NCBI GenBank assembly: GCA_964499705.1
Contig: CAZCME010000001.1
Span: 447,243-507,892, forward strand
Source of the DNA: an uncultured bacterium
GTDB lineage: Bacteria > UBA8481
Length of the DNA: 60,650 bases
Reading direction: 5' to 3'
Below, piece by piece: positions 43,026 through 52,884 of the stretch. Position numbers and translations under genes: made by a program. Below the pieces are notes generated by a model. That model did no database searches and was not told where the DNA came from. It was given only the letters and a program-made list of their open reading frames with translations. How positions within the stretch are numbered: position 1 is the first letter of the stretch; every line of letters starts with the position of its first letter.

Positions 43026-44207
43026 ATGAGTATTTCCATTGCGAAGCGCATGGCGGCCGTCGGAGCTTCTCCGACGCTGACGATAACGGCGAAGGCGAAA
43101 GCCATGCAGGCGGAGGGGAAGAATATCGTCAGCTTCGGGGCGGGCGAGCCGGATTTTGACACGCCGGAGCCGGTCAAGGCGGCATGTATCGAAGCCCTGC
43201 AGAAGGGCTTCACCAAATACACCGCGGCCGGAGGCATACCGGAGCTCCGGAAAGCCATCTCCGAAAAATTGAAGCGCGATAACGGATTGGATTACAAGCC
43301 GACCGATGTCATCGTCACCTGCGGCGCCAAGCATGCGCTCTACGCGGCGATCCTCTGCATCATCGACGACGGAGACGAGGCCATCGTACCCGTGCCGTAC
43401 TGGGTGACGTATCCTGAGCAGGTGCGGATGGCCGGCGGAACGCCTGTGTTTGTCGAGACGCATGAGAAGGACGAGTTCAAGCTCCGGCCGGAAGCGATCG
43501 AGAAGGCGCTCACGCCCCGCACGCGGGCGATCATCCTGAGTTCGCCCTGCAATCCGACGGGCGCGGTCATGGGCAGGGCCGATCTGGAAGCCATCGCGGC
43601 GCTGGCGCGGGATCGCGGCATCGTCGTCATCTCCGATGAGATCTACGAGCCGATGATCTACGACGGACGAAAGCACTTCTCGATCGCGGCTCTTCCGGGA
43701 ATGCGGGAACTGACGATCGTCGTGAACGGAGCATCCAAGGGATTTTCCATGACCGGCTGGCGCATCGGCTATGCGGCGGGGCCGTCGCATGTCATCACGG
43801 CGATGGAAGCTCAGGTGAGCCATTCGACATCGAACGTCACGTCCTTTGCCCAGAAGGGCGCGGTCGCCGCGTATTCCCTCGCTCCGGATGTCGTCGCCAC
43901 GATGGTCAGGGCATTCGACGAAAGGCGCGTGGAGATCACAAATCTCCTGAACGACATTCCCGGTTTCCGTTGCCTGAAACCGGGCGGCGCCTTCTATGTT
44001 TTTCCGAATGTCGAGGGGACTTACGGCGAGCATGGCGGCGTTAATATCCGTTCGAGCGAGGAGTTGACAAATTATCTCCTGGAAAAAGCTCACGTCGCCG
44101 TCGTGCACGGCGAAGCCTTCGGTGCGCCCGGATTCCTCCGCCTTTCCTACGCGACGTCGATCGAGAACATCCGCGAGGGCGTCAAGCGCATCAAGGCCGC
44201 GCTGTGA
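43026..44207 (+). CDS. aspC: PLP-dependent aminotransferase class I/II (aspartate aminotransferase)
   Basis: GAGEPDFDTP, SPCNPTG, SDEIYE, NGASKGFSMTGWRIGY, GAFYVF, LRLSYA. Confidence 0.92.
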   Translation: MSISIAKRMAAVGASPTLTITAKAKAMQAEGKNIVSFGAGEPDFDTPEPVKAACIEALQKGFTKYTAAGGIPELRKAISEKLKRDNGLDYKPTDVIVTCGAKHALYAAILCIIDDGDEAIVPVPYWVTYPEQVRMAGGTPVFVETHEKDEFKLRPEAIEKALTPRTRAIILSSPCNPTGAVMGRADLEAIAALARDRGIVVISDEIYEPMIYDGRKHFSIAALPGMRELTIVVNGASKGFSMTGWRIGYAAGPSHVITAMEAQVSHSTSNVTSFAQKGAVAAYSLAPDVVATMVRAFDERRVEITNLLNDIPGFRCLKPGGAFYVFPNVEGTYGEHGGVNIRSSEELTNYLLEKAHVAVVHGEAFGAPGFLRLSYATSIENIREGVKRIKAAL

Positions 44208-44268
44208 AGCGCGCTTGCGGCCGCTGCATGCAGGGGGTACCGAAGCAACCTTCCTCGGAGGCCGCTCC

Positions 44269-44631
44269 GTGATCTCACCCTGGTGGGGCATACTTTGTCT
44301 CGTGATCGTCGCGCTCCTTGTGGGTGCCGCGGCCATCCTGATCGGGAAACTTTTCCGTCCCCGCCATGCTACCGATGTTAAGCTCGAACCCTACGAATGC
44401 GGCATCGACCCCGTCGGCGATGCGCGGGATCGCATCCCCGTCCGCTATTACACGACGGCCATGCTGTTTCTGCTCTTCGATGCCGAGGCGATCTTTCTCT
44501 GGCCGTGGGCCGTGGCATTCAAGTCGGAGGGATTTTTCTTCCTGATGGAGGCGCTGGTCTTCATCGTCGTCGTCGGAGTTGGTTATGCGTATGCCTGGCG
44601 GCGCGGAGCCTTCGAGTGGACGACGCACTGA
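44269..44631 (+). CDS. nuoA: NADH-quinone oxidoreductase subunit A
   Basis: [37 protein letters not shown] start after GGAGG. Confidence 0.95.
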   Translation: MISPWWGILCLVIVALLVGAAAILIGKLFRPRHATDVKLEPYECGIDPVGDARDRIPVRYYTTAMLFLLFDAEAIFLWPWAVAFKSEGFFFLMEALVFIVVVGVGYAYAWRRGAFEWTTH

Positions 44632-45146
44632 CCCGGCACGAGGCTCGCCCGGGCCGGGCCGGCCTGGACGCCGCCGTCCGCGAATACGCGCGCGATCTGG
44701 CGGGACGCCTCGGCGCGGACTCGTACGACCGCGGCATTATTGTCGCGCCGGAGCTCCTCACGGACACGGTTCGCAGGCTGCGCGCCGAGGAGAACTTCGA
44801 TTACCTGAGGGACATCACGGCCGTCGACTGGCTGGGCAGGAGAAATGTTCACGGAACGACGACGAAGCGATTCGATCTCTGCTACCAGTTCACGGGCGCT
44901 CGCGCGAAGGCATCCCTGACCTTGAAGACCCATGTCGATCCCGGGGAATCGATCGAGAGCCTTGTCCCCCTGTTTCCGTCCGCGGAATTTCTCGAGCGGG
45001 AAGTATTCGATCTCTTCGGGATTGTCTTCCGGAATCATCCCGATCTGCGCCGCATTCTCCTGTCCGACGATTGGGAGGGCCATCCGCTGCGAAAGGATTA
45101 TCCCGTTTCGGGATACGACATGTGGGATTGGCGGGCGCATCGATGA
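44616..45146 (+). CDS. nuoC: NADH-quinone oxidoreductase subunit C
   Basis: [43 protein letters not shown] start inferred from a GGAG RBS. Confidence 0.92.
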   Translation: MDDALTRHEARPGRAGLDAAVREYARDLAGRLGADSYDRGIIVAPELLTDTVRRLRAEENFDYLRDITAVDWLGRRNVHGTTTKRFDLCYQFTGARAKASLTLKTHVDPGESIESLVPLFPSAEFLEREVFDLFGIVFRNHPDLRRILLSDDWEGHPLRKDYPVSGYDMWDWRAHR

Positions 45147-46360
45147 GAGTGCAAATCCCGGATCCCAAATCCCATATTCCAGCGGATAAGAAAACCATGA
45201 CGCTCCAGATGGGACCGCAGCACCCCTCGACGCATGGCGTGCTGCGGCTCGAGCTGGAAGTCGAAGGCGAGTATGTCGCCGCCATCAAGCCCCACATCGG
45301 CTATCTCCATCGCTGCGCCGAGAAGCTGGGCGAGCGCGACCGGTATGTCCAGGCGATCCCGCACACGGACCGGATGGATTATGTCTCCGCCATGTCCCAG
45401 AATCTCGCGTACTGCGAAGCGGTCGAAGCGCTTCTCGGCCTCGAAATTCCGCTCCGTGCCAGGCTTCTCCGCGTGCTGCTCTGCGAACTGCAGCGCATCG
45501 CGTCGCACCAGGTCTGGCTCGGCACGCACGCGCTCGACCTTGGAGCCATGACGCCTCTGCTGTATTGCCTGAAGGACCGCGAGGAGATCCAGGATCTGTT
45601 CGAGGAAGCCTCCGGCGCGCGCCTCACCTATTCGTACATCCGCATCGGCGGTTTTCATACGCCTCCCTCGGAGCGCTTCTATACCTGGGCTCGAACTCTG
45701 GTGGACGACCTGCCGCGGCGCATCGAGATGTACGAAAGGCTGCTCACATCGAATCCGATCTTCATCGGCCGCCTCAAGGGCGTCGGCGTCATCACGGCGA
45801 AGGATGCCCTGGCCTGGGGCCTCTCGGGCCCGCCGCTCCGCGCGTCCGGAATCGCCCGGGACCTGCGCGTGGATGAGCCCTGCGCGGCATACGACCTCAT
45901 CACGCCAAGGGTGAAGACGCGCGCGGAAGGCGATTGCTACGCGAGATATCTCGTCCGGATGGAGGAAATGCACGAGTCGGTCCGTCTCTGCAAGCTTGCC
46001 CTGGACGCCTTGCGAGACGCTCCTCCCGGTCCGCTCGTCGCCGACGACGATCTCGTCATTCCTCCGCCGAAGGAAGACATCTACAGGGACATGGCCGCGA
46101 TGATCCGGCACTGGATCATCGCGATCAGAGGATTCAAGGTTCCCGCGGGGGAGATCTATCGCGCCGTGGAGACGCCGCGCGGAGAGTTGGGCGTGTTCAT
46201 CGTCTCCGACGGATCCGAGCAGCCGTTCCGCATTCACTATCGGAGCCCATGCTTTGTGAACCTCGGAGCCCTGAATCACATGGCGCGCGGAGCGTTGTTG
46301 TCCGACCTGGTGGCCATTGTCGGCTCGCTGGATTTTGTCCTCGGGGAAATCGATCGATGA
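45143..46360 (+). CDS. nuoD: NADH-quinone oxidoreductase subunit D
   Basis: [42 protein letters not shown]. Confidence 0.97.
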   Translation: MRVQIPDPKSHIPADKKTMTLQMGPQHPSTHGVLRLELEVEGEYVAAIKPHIGYLHRCAEKLGERDRYVQAIPHTDRMDYVSAMSQNLAYCEAVEALLGLEIPLRARLLRVLLCELQRIASHQVWLGTHALDLGAMTPLLYCLKDREEIQDLFEEASGARLTYSYIRIGGFHTPPSERFYTWARTLVDDLPRRIEMYERLLTSNPIFIGRLKGVGVITAKDALAWGLSGPPLRASGIARDLRVDEPCAAYDLITPRVKTRAEGDCYARYLVRMEEMHESVRLCKLALDALRDAPPGPLVADDDLVIPPPKEDIYRDMAAMIRHWIIAIRGFKVPAGEIYRAVETPRGELGVFIVSDGSEQPFRIHYRSPCFVNLGALNHMARGALLSDLVAIVGSLDFVLGEIDR

Positions 46361-46929
46361 GCATCGTCGAGCGAGCCCGGGAGGGCAAGGCGAGCCTGAC
46401 GGATCCGGCGGACGCGGTCCGCGCGATGCAGGAAGGCCCTACCGCGGCGCAGGTGTCGGCGGCCGCCAAAAAACTCGAACCCAGGATCGCCGACCTGTTG
46501 ACGCGTTATCTCGAACCGCGCGCGGCGCTCCTGCCCGTCCTGCATCTCTACCAGCATGAATTCGGCTGGATCCCGCTGCGGGTCCAGCGCGAGATCGCTT
46601 TCCGGCTCTCGATCGCTCCGGCCGATGTCTCGCGCGTCGTCTCCTTCTACACGCTTTTTCATTCCAAGCCTTGCGGCAGGCATGTGGTCATGGTCTGCGG
46701 GACGCTCTCGTGCGAGCTGGCGGGATGCAACAAGGTCCTTCGCGCATTGAAGGATGTTCTCGGCGTCGACCCGCACGAGACGACCCCGGACGGTCTCTTC
46801 ACCGTGCAGCGCGTGGAATGCCTGGGTTGGTGCGACAAGGCTCCGGTCGTTCAGGTGAACGACGGGGATTTCATGGAGCATGTCACTCCGGAGAAGATCA
46901 AGGCGGAGGTGAAACGGATCCGTGGCTGA
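46357..46929 (+). CDS. nuoE: NADH-quinone oxidoreductase subunit E
   Basis: VSFYTLF; CGTLSC...ECLGWCDKAPV [2Fe-2S] motif. Confidence 0.95.
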   Translation: MSIVERAREGKASLTDPADAVRAMQEGPTAAQVSAAAKKLEPRIADLLTRYLEPRAALLPVLHLYQHEFGWIPLRVQREIAFRLSIAPADVSRVVSFYTLFHSKPCGRHVVMVCGTLSCELAGCNKVLRALKDVLGVDPHETTPDGLFTVQRVECLGWCDKAPVVQVNDGDFMEHVTPEKIKAEVKRIRG

Positions 46930-48151
46930 ACTCGTCCTTTCGAGGAATTTTTCGCTGGGCCATCCGGCCACGCTCGCCGAGTACGGCGGTTATCGAGCGT
47001 GGGAGAAGGCGCGCGCCATGGAGCCGAAGCAGGTCCTGGAGACGGTCAAGGCGGCGACGCTGCAGGGGCGGGGAGGCGCGGGCTTTCCGGCGGGTATGAA
47101 ATGGGAGTTCGCGGCCAACGCTCCGGGCAAGCCCAAGTTCCTGGTCTGCAATGCCGACGAGTCGGAGCCCGGCACGTTCAAGGACGTCCAGATCATGGAG
47201 CGCGATCCGCATCTCCTGATCGAAGGAATGGCCTGCGCGGCCAGGGCCATAGGAGCGGAGACGGGCTATATCTACATCCGCGGTGAGTTTGTGAGAGCCG
47301 CGCGCATTCTCGAGGCGGCGATCGACGAGGCGAGGGAGATCATCGCCCCGTTCCGGCTTTTCGTTCATCGCGGGGCGGGCGCGTACATCTGCGGAGAAGA
47401 GACCGCGCTCCTGGAATCGCTGGAAGGTAAAGTCGGCGAACCGCGCTTCAAACCGCCCTTTCCGGTGACGCATGGCCTGTGGCAGAAACCGACGGTGGTG
47501 AACAATGTCGAGACGCTCTCGTGCGTCGCGCCGATCATCGAGCGTGGAGTGGACTGGTGGAAGAGCCTCGGGACGGCCAACAGCGCGGGCCCGAAGCTCT
47601 TCTGCGTTTCGGGCGACGTCGTGAAGCCCTGCTTCCTGGAAGCGCCGATGGGAATCACGCTCCGGGAGCTCATCTTCGAGCACGCCGGAGGTCCGAAGCC
47701 GGGGAGGAAAGTCCAGGCGGTCTTTCCCGGCGGTTCGTCGGCGCCGCCGCTGACCGGTGACGAACTCGACATTCCCATGGATTTCAAATCGCTCGACGCG
47801 AAAAAGTCGATGCTCGGTTCGGCCGGCGTGATCGTCGTCGACGACTCGCGCTGCATGGTCGACGTGGCCCGGAACATCATCCACTTTTACGCCCACGAAT
47901 CGTGCGGCAAATGCACGCCATGCCGCGACGGCAACGAAATGGTTCACACCATGCTGCGGGATATGCTCGACGGCAAGGCCACGCAGAAGACGATCGACTA
48001 CTTCACGTACATGTCGAAGCGCGTCTTCGACGACTGCTTCTGCGCGCTCGCCAAGGGCTCCATGTGGGCTTTCGGAACCATCCTCAACAAGTGGCGCGAC
48101 GATTTCATTCTCCATCTCGAAGGCAAGGGCTGCGGCCGGGAGCGGATGTAG
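46922..48151 (+). CDS. nuoF: NADH-quinone oxidoreductase subunit F
   Basis: GRGGAGFPAG, NADESEPGTFKD, GAGAYICGEETAL, HESCGKCTPCRDG...FCAL. Confidence 0.97.
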   Translation: MAELVLSRNFSLGHPATLAEYGGYRAWEKARAMEPKQVLETVKAATLQGRGGAGFPAGMKWEFAANAPGKPKFLVCNADESEPGTFKDVQIMERDPHLLIEGMACAARAIGAETGYIYIRGEFVRAARILEAAIDEAREIIAPFRLFVHRGAGAYICGEETALLESLEGKVGEPRFKPPFPVTHGLWQKPTVVNNVETLSCVAPIIERGVDWWKSLGTANSAGPKLFCVSGDVVKPCFLEAPMGITLRELIFEHAGGPKPGRKVQAVFPGGSSAPPLTGDELDIPMDFKSLDAKKSMLGSAGVIVVDDSRCMVDVARNIIHFYAHESCGKCTPCRDGNEMVHTMLRDMLDGKATQKTIDYFTYMSKRVFDDCFCALAKGSMWAFGTILNKWRDDFILHLEGKGCGRERM

Positions 48152-48152
48152 T

Positions 48153-48276
48153 GGGGACATTCTCCAACATTCCAACATTGCTAATAATGGACTTAGGGAA
48201 AGTGGGTCTAAAACGATTTAATCAGGAAATTTGCAAGTCAAGTATTCTGAATGTTGGAATGTTGGAGAATGTCCCC
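48153..48276. mobile_element. MITE/REP-like element with perfect 27-bp terminal inverted repeats between nuoF and nuoG
   Basis: GGGGACATTCTCCAACATTCCAACATT (48153-48179) and its exact reverse complement (48250-48276) around a 70-nt AT-rich core. Mobility is inferred. Confidence 0.65.
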
Positions 48277-48278
48277 CA

Positions 48279-50243
48279 ATGATCATTACGATCAACGACC
48301 GCGTCATCGAGGTACCGGAGGGAACCCTGATCCTCGAAGCCGCTCAGAAGATGGGGCTCACCGTGCCGCACTTCTGCTATCACCCTCGCCTGAAGCCGAT
48401 CGCGGCCTGCCGGCTATGCCTGGTCGAGGTTGCCGGAATGCGCGGGCTCCAGCCGTCCTGCGCCACGCCGTTGAAGGAAGGAATGATCGTGCGGACGGAT
48501 TCGCCTCCGTCGCTCGAATCACACCGGGAGGTTCTTGATCTCGTGCTGGAGCATCATCCGCTGGATTGTCCGAAGTGCGAAGCGGCGGGCCGGTGCCAGC
48601 TCGAAGATTTCACATACGAATTCGGTCCGCATCGTGTTTCGAATTACCAGCCGCCGGGACTTTCAGGATTCGACTACGAGGAGACGCCCTGGAGCCCACT
48701 CATCAAGTTCGATCCGTTCAAATGCGTGGAATGCACGCGATGCATCCGCGTCTGCGACGAAATTCATGACTGTCACGCGCTTACGGCCGTGAACCGCGGC
48801 CACCAGTTCCTCATAGCCCCCTTCGGGAACGGGCCGTTGAACTGCGATTTCTGCGGATCGTGCGCGTCGGTGTGTCCGACCGGAGCCATCGAGCAGCAGC
48901 CGGCGCAGTTCTGGAAGAAGGATTGGGAATACATCCGGCGCGAGGCGATCTGCGACGGTTGCGCCCACGGCTGCACGGTGATCCTGAAGACATGGGACGA
49001 GCGGATCGCGAAGGTCGACGACGATTGGACGGTCGGGATCAATCGCGCCAATCTCTGCGCGCGGGGCCGCTTTGGATTCGACATTGTGGAATCCGAAAAG
49101 CGTGTCCGGACTCCGCTCCTGCGGAAAAACGGGAAGCTGGAGCCGGCCACCTGGGACGAGGCTCTCACGGCCGCGGCGGAGATGTTAGCGAACGGCACAC
49201 AGGTCGAGGGGCATGCATCGGGTTATTTGTCGGTGGAGGATCTTTACGCGTTTTCGCGACTCCTCCATCATATCAAGGGAGCGAAGTTCACGGATTCGCG
49301 GGACGGGGACGTCACGAGGGCGATCGCGTCGAAGATCGGCTGTTTCGGAAGCACAGTTGATTTCGACCAGTTCGCCGGATTCGACCGCGTGGCCGTCATC
49401 GAGATGGATGTCGAGCGGATCGATTACGTGGCGCAGATCGACGCGGCATCGGCCGGCCGGAAGAAGGAGCTGATCGCGATCGGCAGGATCGGATCGCGGC
49501 TGAAGAAGAATACCGCGAAACAGATGCCGCTCACGCCCGGATCGGTCGCGGCTTGCGGACCGAGGACGCTCTTCGTCGCCGATGCGGAGCGGGTGGAGGA
49601 GGCGATTCTTTCCGCGATCCTGAAGGTCATGGCGAAAGAAGAGAATGCTTGCGGCCTGATGCTTCTCGCGTCGCAGGTGAACAGCCGCAGCCTCGGGCCG
49701 CTCGGATTCTCCGCGTGCCCCGACGCCGGCCAGGGAACAGGCGCGCCGGTTCCGGGTCCGGCGTATCTGAATGTGAAGGGCCCCGATGGAGCCCGGGTCA
49801 TCATCGCGGCGCCTTTTCTCGAGGGGCGGGCCCTGGATGCGGATGTCGTCTTTCCGTCCGCGCTCGCGTATGAGAAGCCCGGAACCTACGTCAACAGCGA
49901 GGGGCGCGCGCAATTCTCGGCGGGAGCGGTCCGCCCGCAAGGCGAGGCATGGCCGGACGCGGCGATCTGGGCCCGGCTCGGAAAACTGTTGGGGGCGGAA
50001 ATTCCGCAGACGCCGCGCGAGATGATCGCCGCGGCGATGGAGCTGGCTCCGTCGCTGGCCGACCGCAGGGGTCGCGTTAGAAATATCGAGCCGCCGACGA
50101 AGATCGGCGCGACCCGTCTTCCGCTTTACGCCAAGCACGATGGACTCTTCCTCCGGCATTCCAAGTGGACCCGGATGATGACGGAACACCTGGCCGCCAC
50201 GAAGGACTTCGCGCCATGGCCGCGGGAAACGGATGAAGGTTGA
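48279..50243 (+). CDS. nuoG: NADH-quinone oxidoreductase subunit G
   Basis: PHFCYHPRL..ACRLCLVE..PSC; HPLDCPKCEAAGRCQL; CVECTRCIRVC; CDFCGSCASVCP; CDGCAHGC..LCARGRF. Start ATG 48279. Confidence 0.93.
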   Translation: MIITINDRVIEVPEGTLILEAAQKMGLTVPHFCYHPRLKPIAACRLCLVEVAGMRGLQPSCATPLKEGMIVRTDSPPSLESHREVLDLVLEHHPLDCPKCEAAGRCQLEDFTYEFGPHRVSNYQPPGLSGFDYEETPWSPLIKFDPFKCVECTRCIRVCDEIHDCHALTAVNRGHQFLIAPFGNGPLNCDFCGSCASVCPTGAIEQQPAQFWKKDWEYIRREAICDGCAHGCTVILKTWDERIAKVDDDWTVGINRANLCARGRFGFDIVESEKRVRTPLLRKNGKLEPATWDEALTAAAEMLANGTQVEGHASGYLSVEDLYAFSRLLHHIKGAKFTDSRDGDVTRAIASKIGCFGSTVDFDQFAGFDRVAVIEMDVERIDYVAQIDAASAGRKKELIAIGRIGSRLKKNTAKQMPLTPGSVAACGPRTLFVADAERVEEAILSAILKVMAKEENACGLMLLASQVNSRSLGPLGFSACPDAGQGTGAPVPGPAYLNVKGPDGARVIIAAPFLEGRALDADVVFPSALAYEKPGTYVNSEGRAQFSAGAVRPQGEAWPDAAIWARLGKLLGAEIPQTPREMIAAAMELAPSLADRRGRVRNIEPPTKIGATRLPLYAKHDGLFLRHSKWTRMMTEHLAATKDFAPWPRETDEG

Positions 50244-50317
50244 ATCATGAAAGTTGAATTCTTGACGAGCCAATCTCGAAGGGAAATCTTGATCCTTGCG
50301 GATCGGGACCTCGCCTC

Positions 50318-51391
50318 ATGATCGCGACCATCCTCAAGGTGCTCATCCTTGTCGGCATACTTCAGTTCTGCGTCGCCTATATCGTCTGGGTCGAGCGAAA
50401 AGTCATTGCGCGGATGCAGTCGCGATTGGGTCCGAACCGCGTCGGGTTCGGTGTTCTCTCGACGCTGCCCTTCGTCGGAGGGCTCTTCGGTTTCGCGCGC
50501 CACTCCTCTCTTTTCGGCCTGGGGCAGCCGATCGCGGACGGCGTGAAGCTCTTCCTGAAGGAGGACATCGAGCCGCGGGGCGTCGACATCTGGACATATC
50601 GGGCGGCTCCGGTCCTGGCGCTTCTCCCGGCATTCGTCGGTTTCGCCGTGATCCCGTTCGGGCCGGACCTGGTGATCGCCGGGACATCGATTCGCTCGCA
50701 GATCTCCGAGTTGAATGTCGGTCTTATCTTCCTCCTCGCTCTCGGTTCGCTCGGCACATACGGCGTCGCGCTCGCAGGCTGGTCGTCCAACTCGAAATAC
50801 TCGATGATGGGATCTCTGCGGGCGATGGCGCAGCTCGTTTCCTATGAGCTCCCGATGGGCCTGGCGCTTCTCTCGATCGTCCTCCTGTCAGGGTCCATGT
50901 CCCTGAACGGCATCCAGTCCGCGCAGGCCGGCTCCTGGTGGTATGCCTTCCAGCAGCCGATCGCCTTCGTCATTGCTCTCATCTGCGCGATCGCGGAAGC
51001 GAACCGGTCGCCGTTCGATCTTGCGGAGGCGGAATCGGAGCTGGTGGCCGGATTCCACACGGAATATTCCGGCATGAAGTTCGCGCTCTTCTTTCTCGCG
51101 GAATACGCGCACATGTTCCTGGGAGGATCCATTCTCGCCACGCTCTTTTTCGGCGGCTGGAGCGTGCCCTTTCTCCCGCCCGCGTCGACGCCCTGGATCC
51201 TCGGCGTCGCGTCGTTCGCCGCGAAGGTTCTCGCCTTCATGCTCTTCTGCATCTGGCTCCGCGCGACCTTGCCGCGTTTCCGGTACGACCAGCTCATGAA
51301 TTTCGCCTGGAAAGTCCTGACGCCCCTGGCAGCCCTCAACCTTGTCGCGACCGCGATCATCAGCAGGATCGTCGGAATGAGGGTCGGATGA
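50318..51391 (+). CDS. nuoH: NADH-quinone oxidoreductase subunit H
   Basis: ERKVIARMQSRLGPNRVG, QPIADGVKLFLKE, NRSPFDLAEAESELVAGFHTEYS, RFRYDQLM. Confidence 0.97.
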   Translation: MIATILKVLILVGILQFCVAYIVWVERKVIARMQSRLGPNRVGFGVLSTLPFVGGLFGFARHSSLFGLGQPIADGVKLFLKEDIEPRGVDIWTYRAAPVLALLPAFVGFAVIPFGPDLVIAGTSIRSQISELNVGLIFLLALGSLGTYGVALAGWSSNSKYSMMGSLRAMAQLVSYELPMGLALLSIVLLSGSMSLNGIQSAQAGSWWYAFQQPIAFVIALICAIAEANRSPFDLAEAESELVAGFHTEYSGMKFALFFLAEYAHMFLGGSILATLFFGGWSVPFLPPASTPWILGVASFAAKVLAFMLFCIWLRATLPRFRYDQLMNFAWKVLTPLAALNLVATAIISRIVGMRVG

Positions 51392-52074
51392 CCGGCGGCA
51401 TCCGGGCCATCTTCACGGGGATGGCGCTGACCTTCCGGGAACTATTCGTCCGGCCCGTGACGGTGCAGTATCCGGAAATCAAGCCCTTCACGGGAACAAG
51501 GTGGCGCGGCGTGCACGGTCTCTTTTTCACGGAAAACCTGAAGGAGGAGCTGTGCGTTTCGTGTCATCTCTGCGCTCGCGTCTGCCCCGCGGTCTGCATC
51601 GAGATGGAAGGCCATCATGAGCCGGACGGGCCGAAGAAGCTTCACAAGTTCGATGTCGACCTGGGCCGATGCATCTACTGCGGCTACTGCGAGGAGGTCT
51701 GCCCCGTGGATGCGATTCGGCTCACGACATCGAACGATTATTCCTCGCGCCTGAGAAGCAATCTGGTCCTGCACAAGGAGGATCTTCTTTCCGTCGGACA
51801 ATCCGCGATGACGCGCGGGGAAAACGGCGCCCTGGGAATTCGCGGCGATGAGCCCGCGGGCAGCGCCGACGCGAGCCGCGTCTATCCGGAATGGCTCAAC
51901 AGGAAGGCGCGTTTCGAGTCGGAGCGGATCGACCTTCGTCTCCCGCTGGGGCCGTCGCAGAAAACGCTCCAGGATCCGCTGAAATGTTTTCCGGACAATG
52001 ACGCCATGACGGCGCCGCCGCAACCGAAGCCGGACGAGCCGCCTGTGTCTCCATCCGCGGCGACGAAGAAATAG
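51388..52074 (+). CDS. nuoI: NADH-quinone oxidoreductase subunit I (with C-terminal extension)
   Basis: VTVQYPE; CVSCHLCARVCP and CIYCGYCEEVCP. Confidence 0.95.
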   Translation: MTGGIRAIFTGMALTFRELFVRPVTVQYPEIKPFTGTRWRGVHGLFFTENLKEELCVSCHLCARVCPAVCIEMEGHHEPDGPKKLHKFDVDLGRCIYCGYCEEVCPVDAIRLTTSNDYSSRLRSNLVLHKEDLLSVGQSAMTRGENGALGIRGDEPAGSADASRVYPEWLNRKARFESERIDLRLPLGPSQKTLQDPLKCFPDNDAMTAPPQPKPDEPPVSPSAATKK

Positions 52075-52078
52075 TCCG

Positions 52079-52579
52079 ATGCGCGTCCAAGCCTACTATT
52101 TATTCGCCTCGCTGGCCTGTCTCTTCGGGATGTTCGCGATCACACGCCGCAATCCGATTCATTCCGCGATCATGCTCGTCTGCTCGCTCCTATCACTGGC
52201 GATCGTTTATCTCGTCCTGGGTGCCGTATTCCTGGCGATGGCGCAGGTCTTCGTTTACGCGGGCGCCATCATGGTGCTTTTCATCTTCGTCATCATGCTT
52301 GCGGGCACGCAACCGAACACCATCAGTGTCCGCGCCAGGAATGGCTATTTCTGGGGAATCGGCATGGCCGGCCTGGTCGGGCTGGCGTTCGCCATTGTCC
52401 TCTCCGTCAAGAATGGCGGCATCATCGCGTTTCGCGATCTCTCGGTAGAGGAACTGGCCGTGGCGCTGATCGGCACCGGCGGAACCTACGGTGAACACGC
52501 CTTCGCATTCGAACTCGGCTCGGTGCTTGTGCTGCTTTCCATCGTGGCGGCGGTGCTCCTGACACGGAAGCGCGCATGA
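52079..52579 (+). CDS. nuoJ: NADH-quinone oxidoreductase subunit J
   Basis: RNPIHSA, QVFVYAGAIMVLFIFVIML, FELGSVLVL. Confidence 0.95.
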   Translation: MRVQAYYLFASLACLFGMFAITRRNPIHSAIMLVCSLLSLAIVYLVLGAVFLAMAQVFVYAGAIMVLFIFVIMLAGTQPNTISVRARNGYFWGIGMAGLVGLAFAIVLSVKNGGIIAFRDLSVEELAVALIGTGGTYGEHAFAFELGSVLVLLSIVAAVLLTRKRA

Positions 52580-52884
52580 TCCCCGCCGATCACTCCATGG
52601 TCGTCTCGGTCATTCTCTTCTGCACCGGTCTGGCCGGCGTCCTGACACGCAGGAATCTCCTGATCGTCTTCGTCTCCGTGGAGCTGATGCTGAACGCGGT
52701 GAACCTGAATGTCATCGCCTCCGGAAGGCTGGAAGGAATGAATGCGGCGTCGGCCGATTCCATCGCCCTGTTCGTCATACTCCTGGCCGCCTGCGAGGTC
52801 GCGATCGGGCTCGGTATCCTCGTCGGACTCTTCCGCATCGCGGGGACGCTCTCGATCGACGAGATCGCGGAGCTGAAGGAATGA
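52576..52884 (+). CDS. nuoK: NADH-quinone oxidoreductase subunit K
   Basis: RRNLLIVFVSVELMLNAVNLN, AACEVAIGL. Confidence 0.95.
   Translation: MIPADHSMVVSVILFCTGLAGVLTRRNLLIVFVSVELMLNAVNLNVIASGRLEGMNAASADSIALFVILLAACEVAIGLGILVGLFRIAGTLSIDEIAELKE

Noticed and set aside
50247-50321. 24-aa ORF between nuoG and nuoH
   Set aside because: It starts inside a degenerate repeat tract and has no recognisable features; probably incidental.
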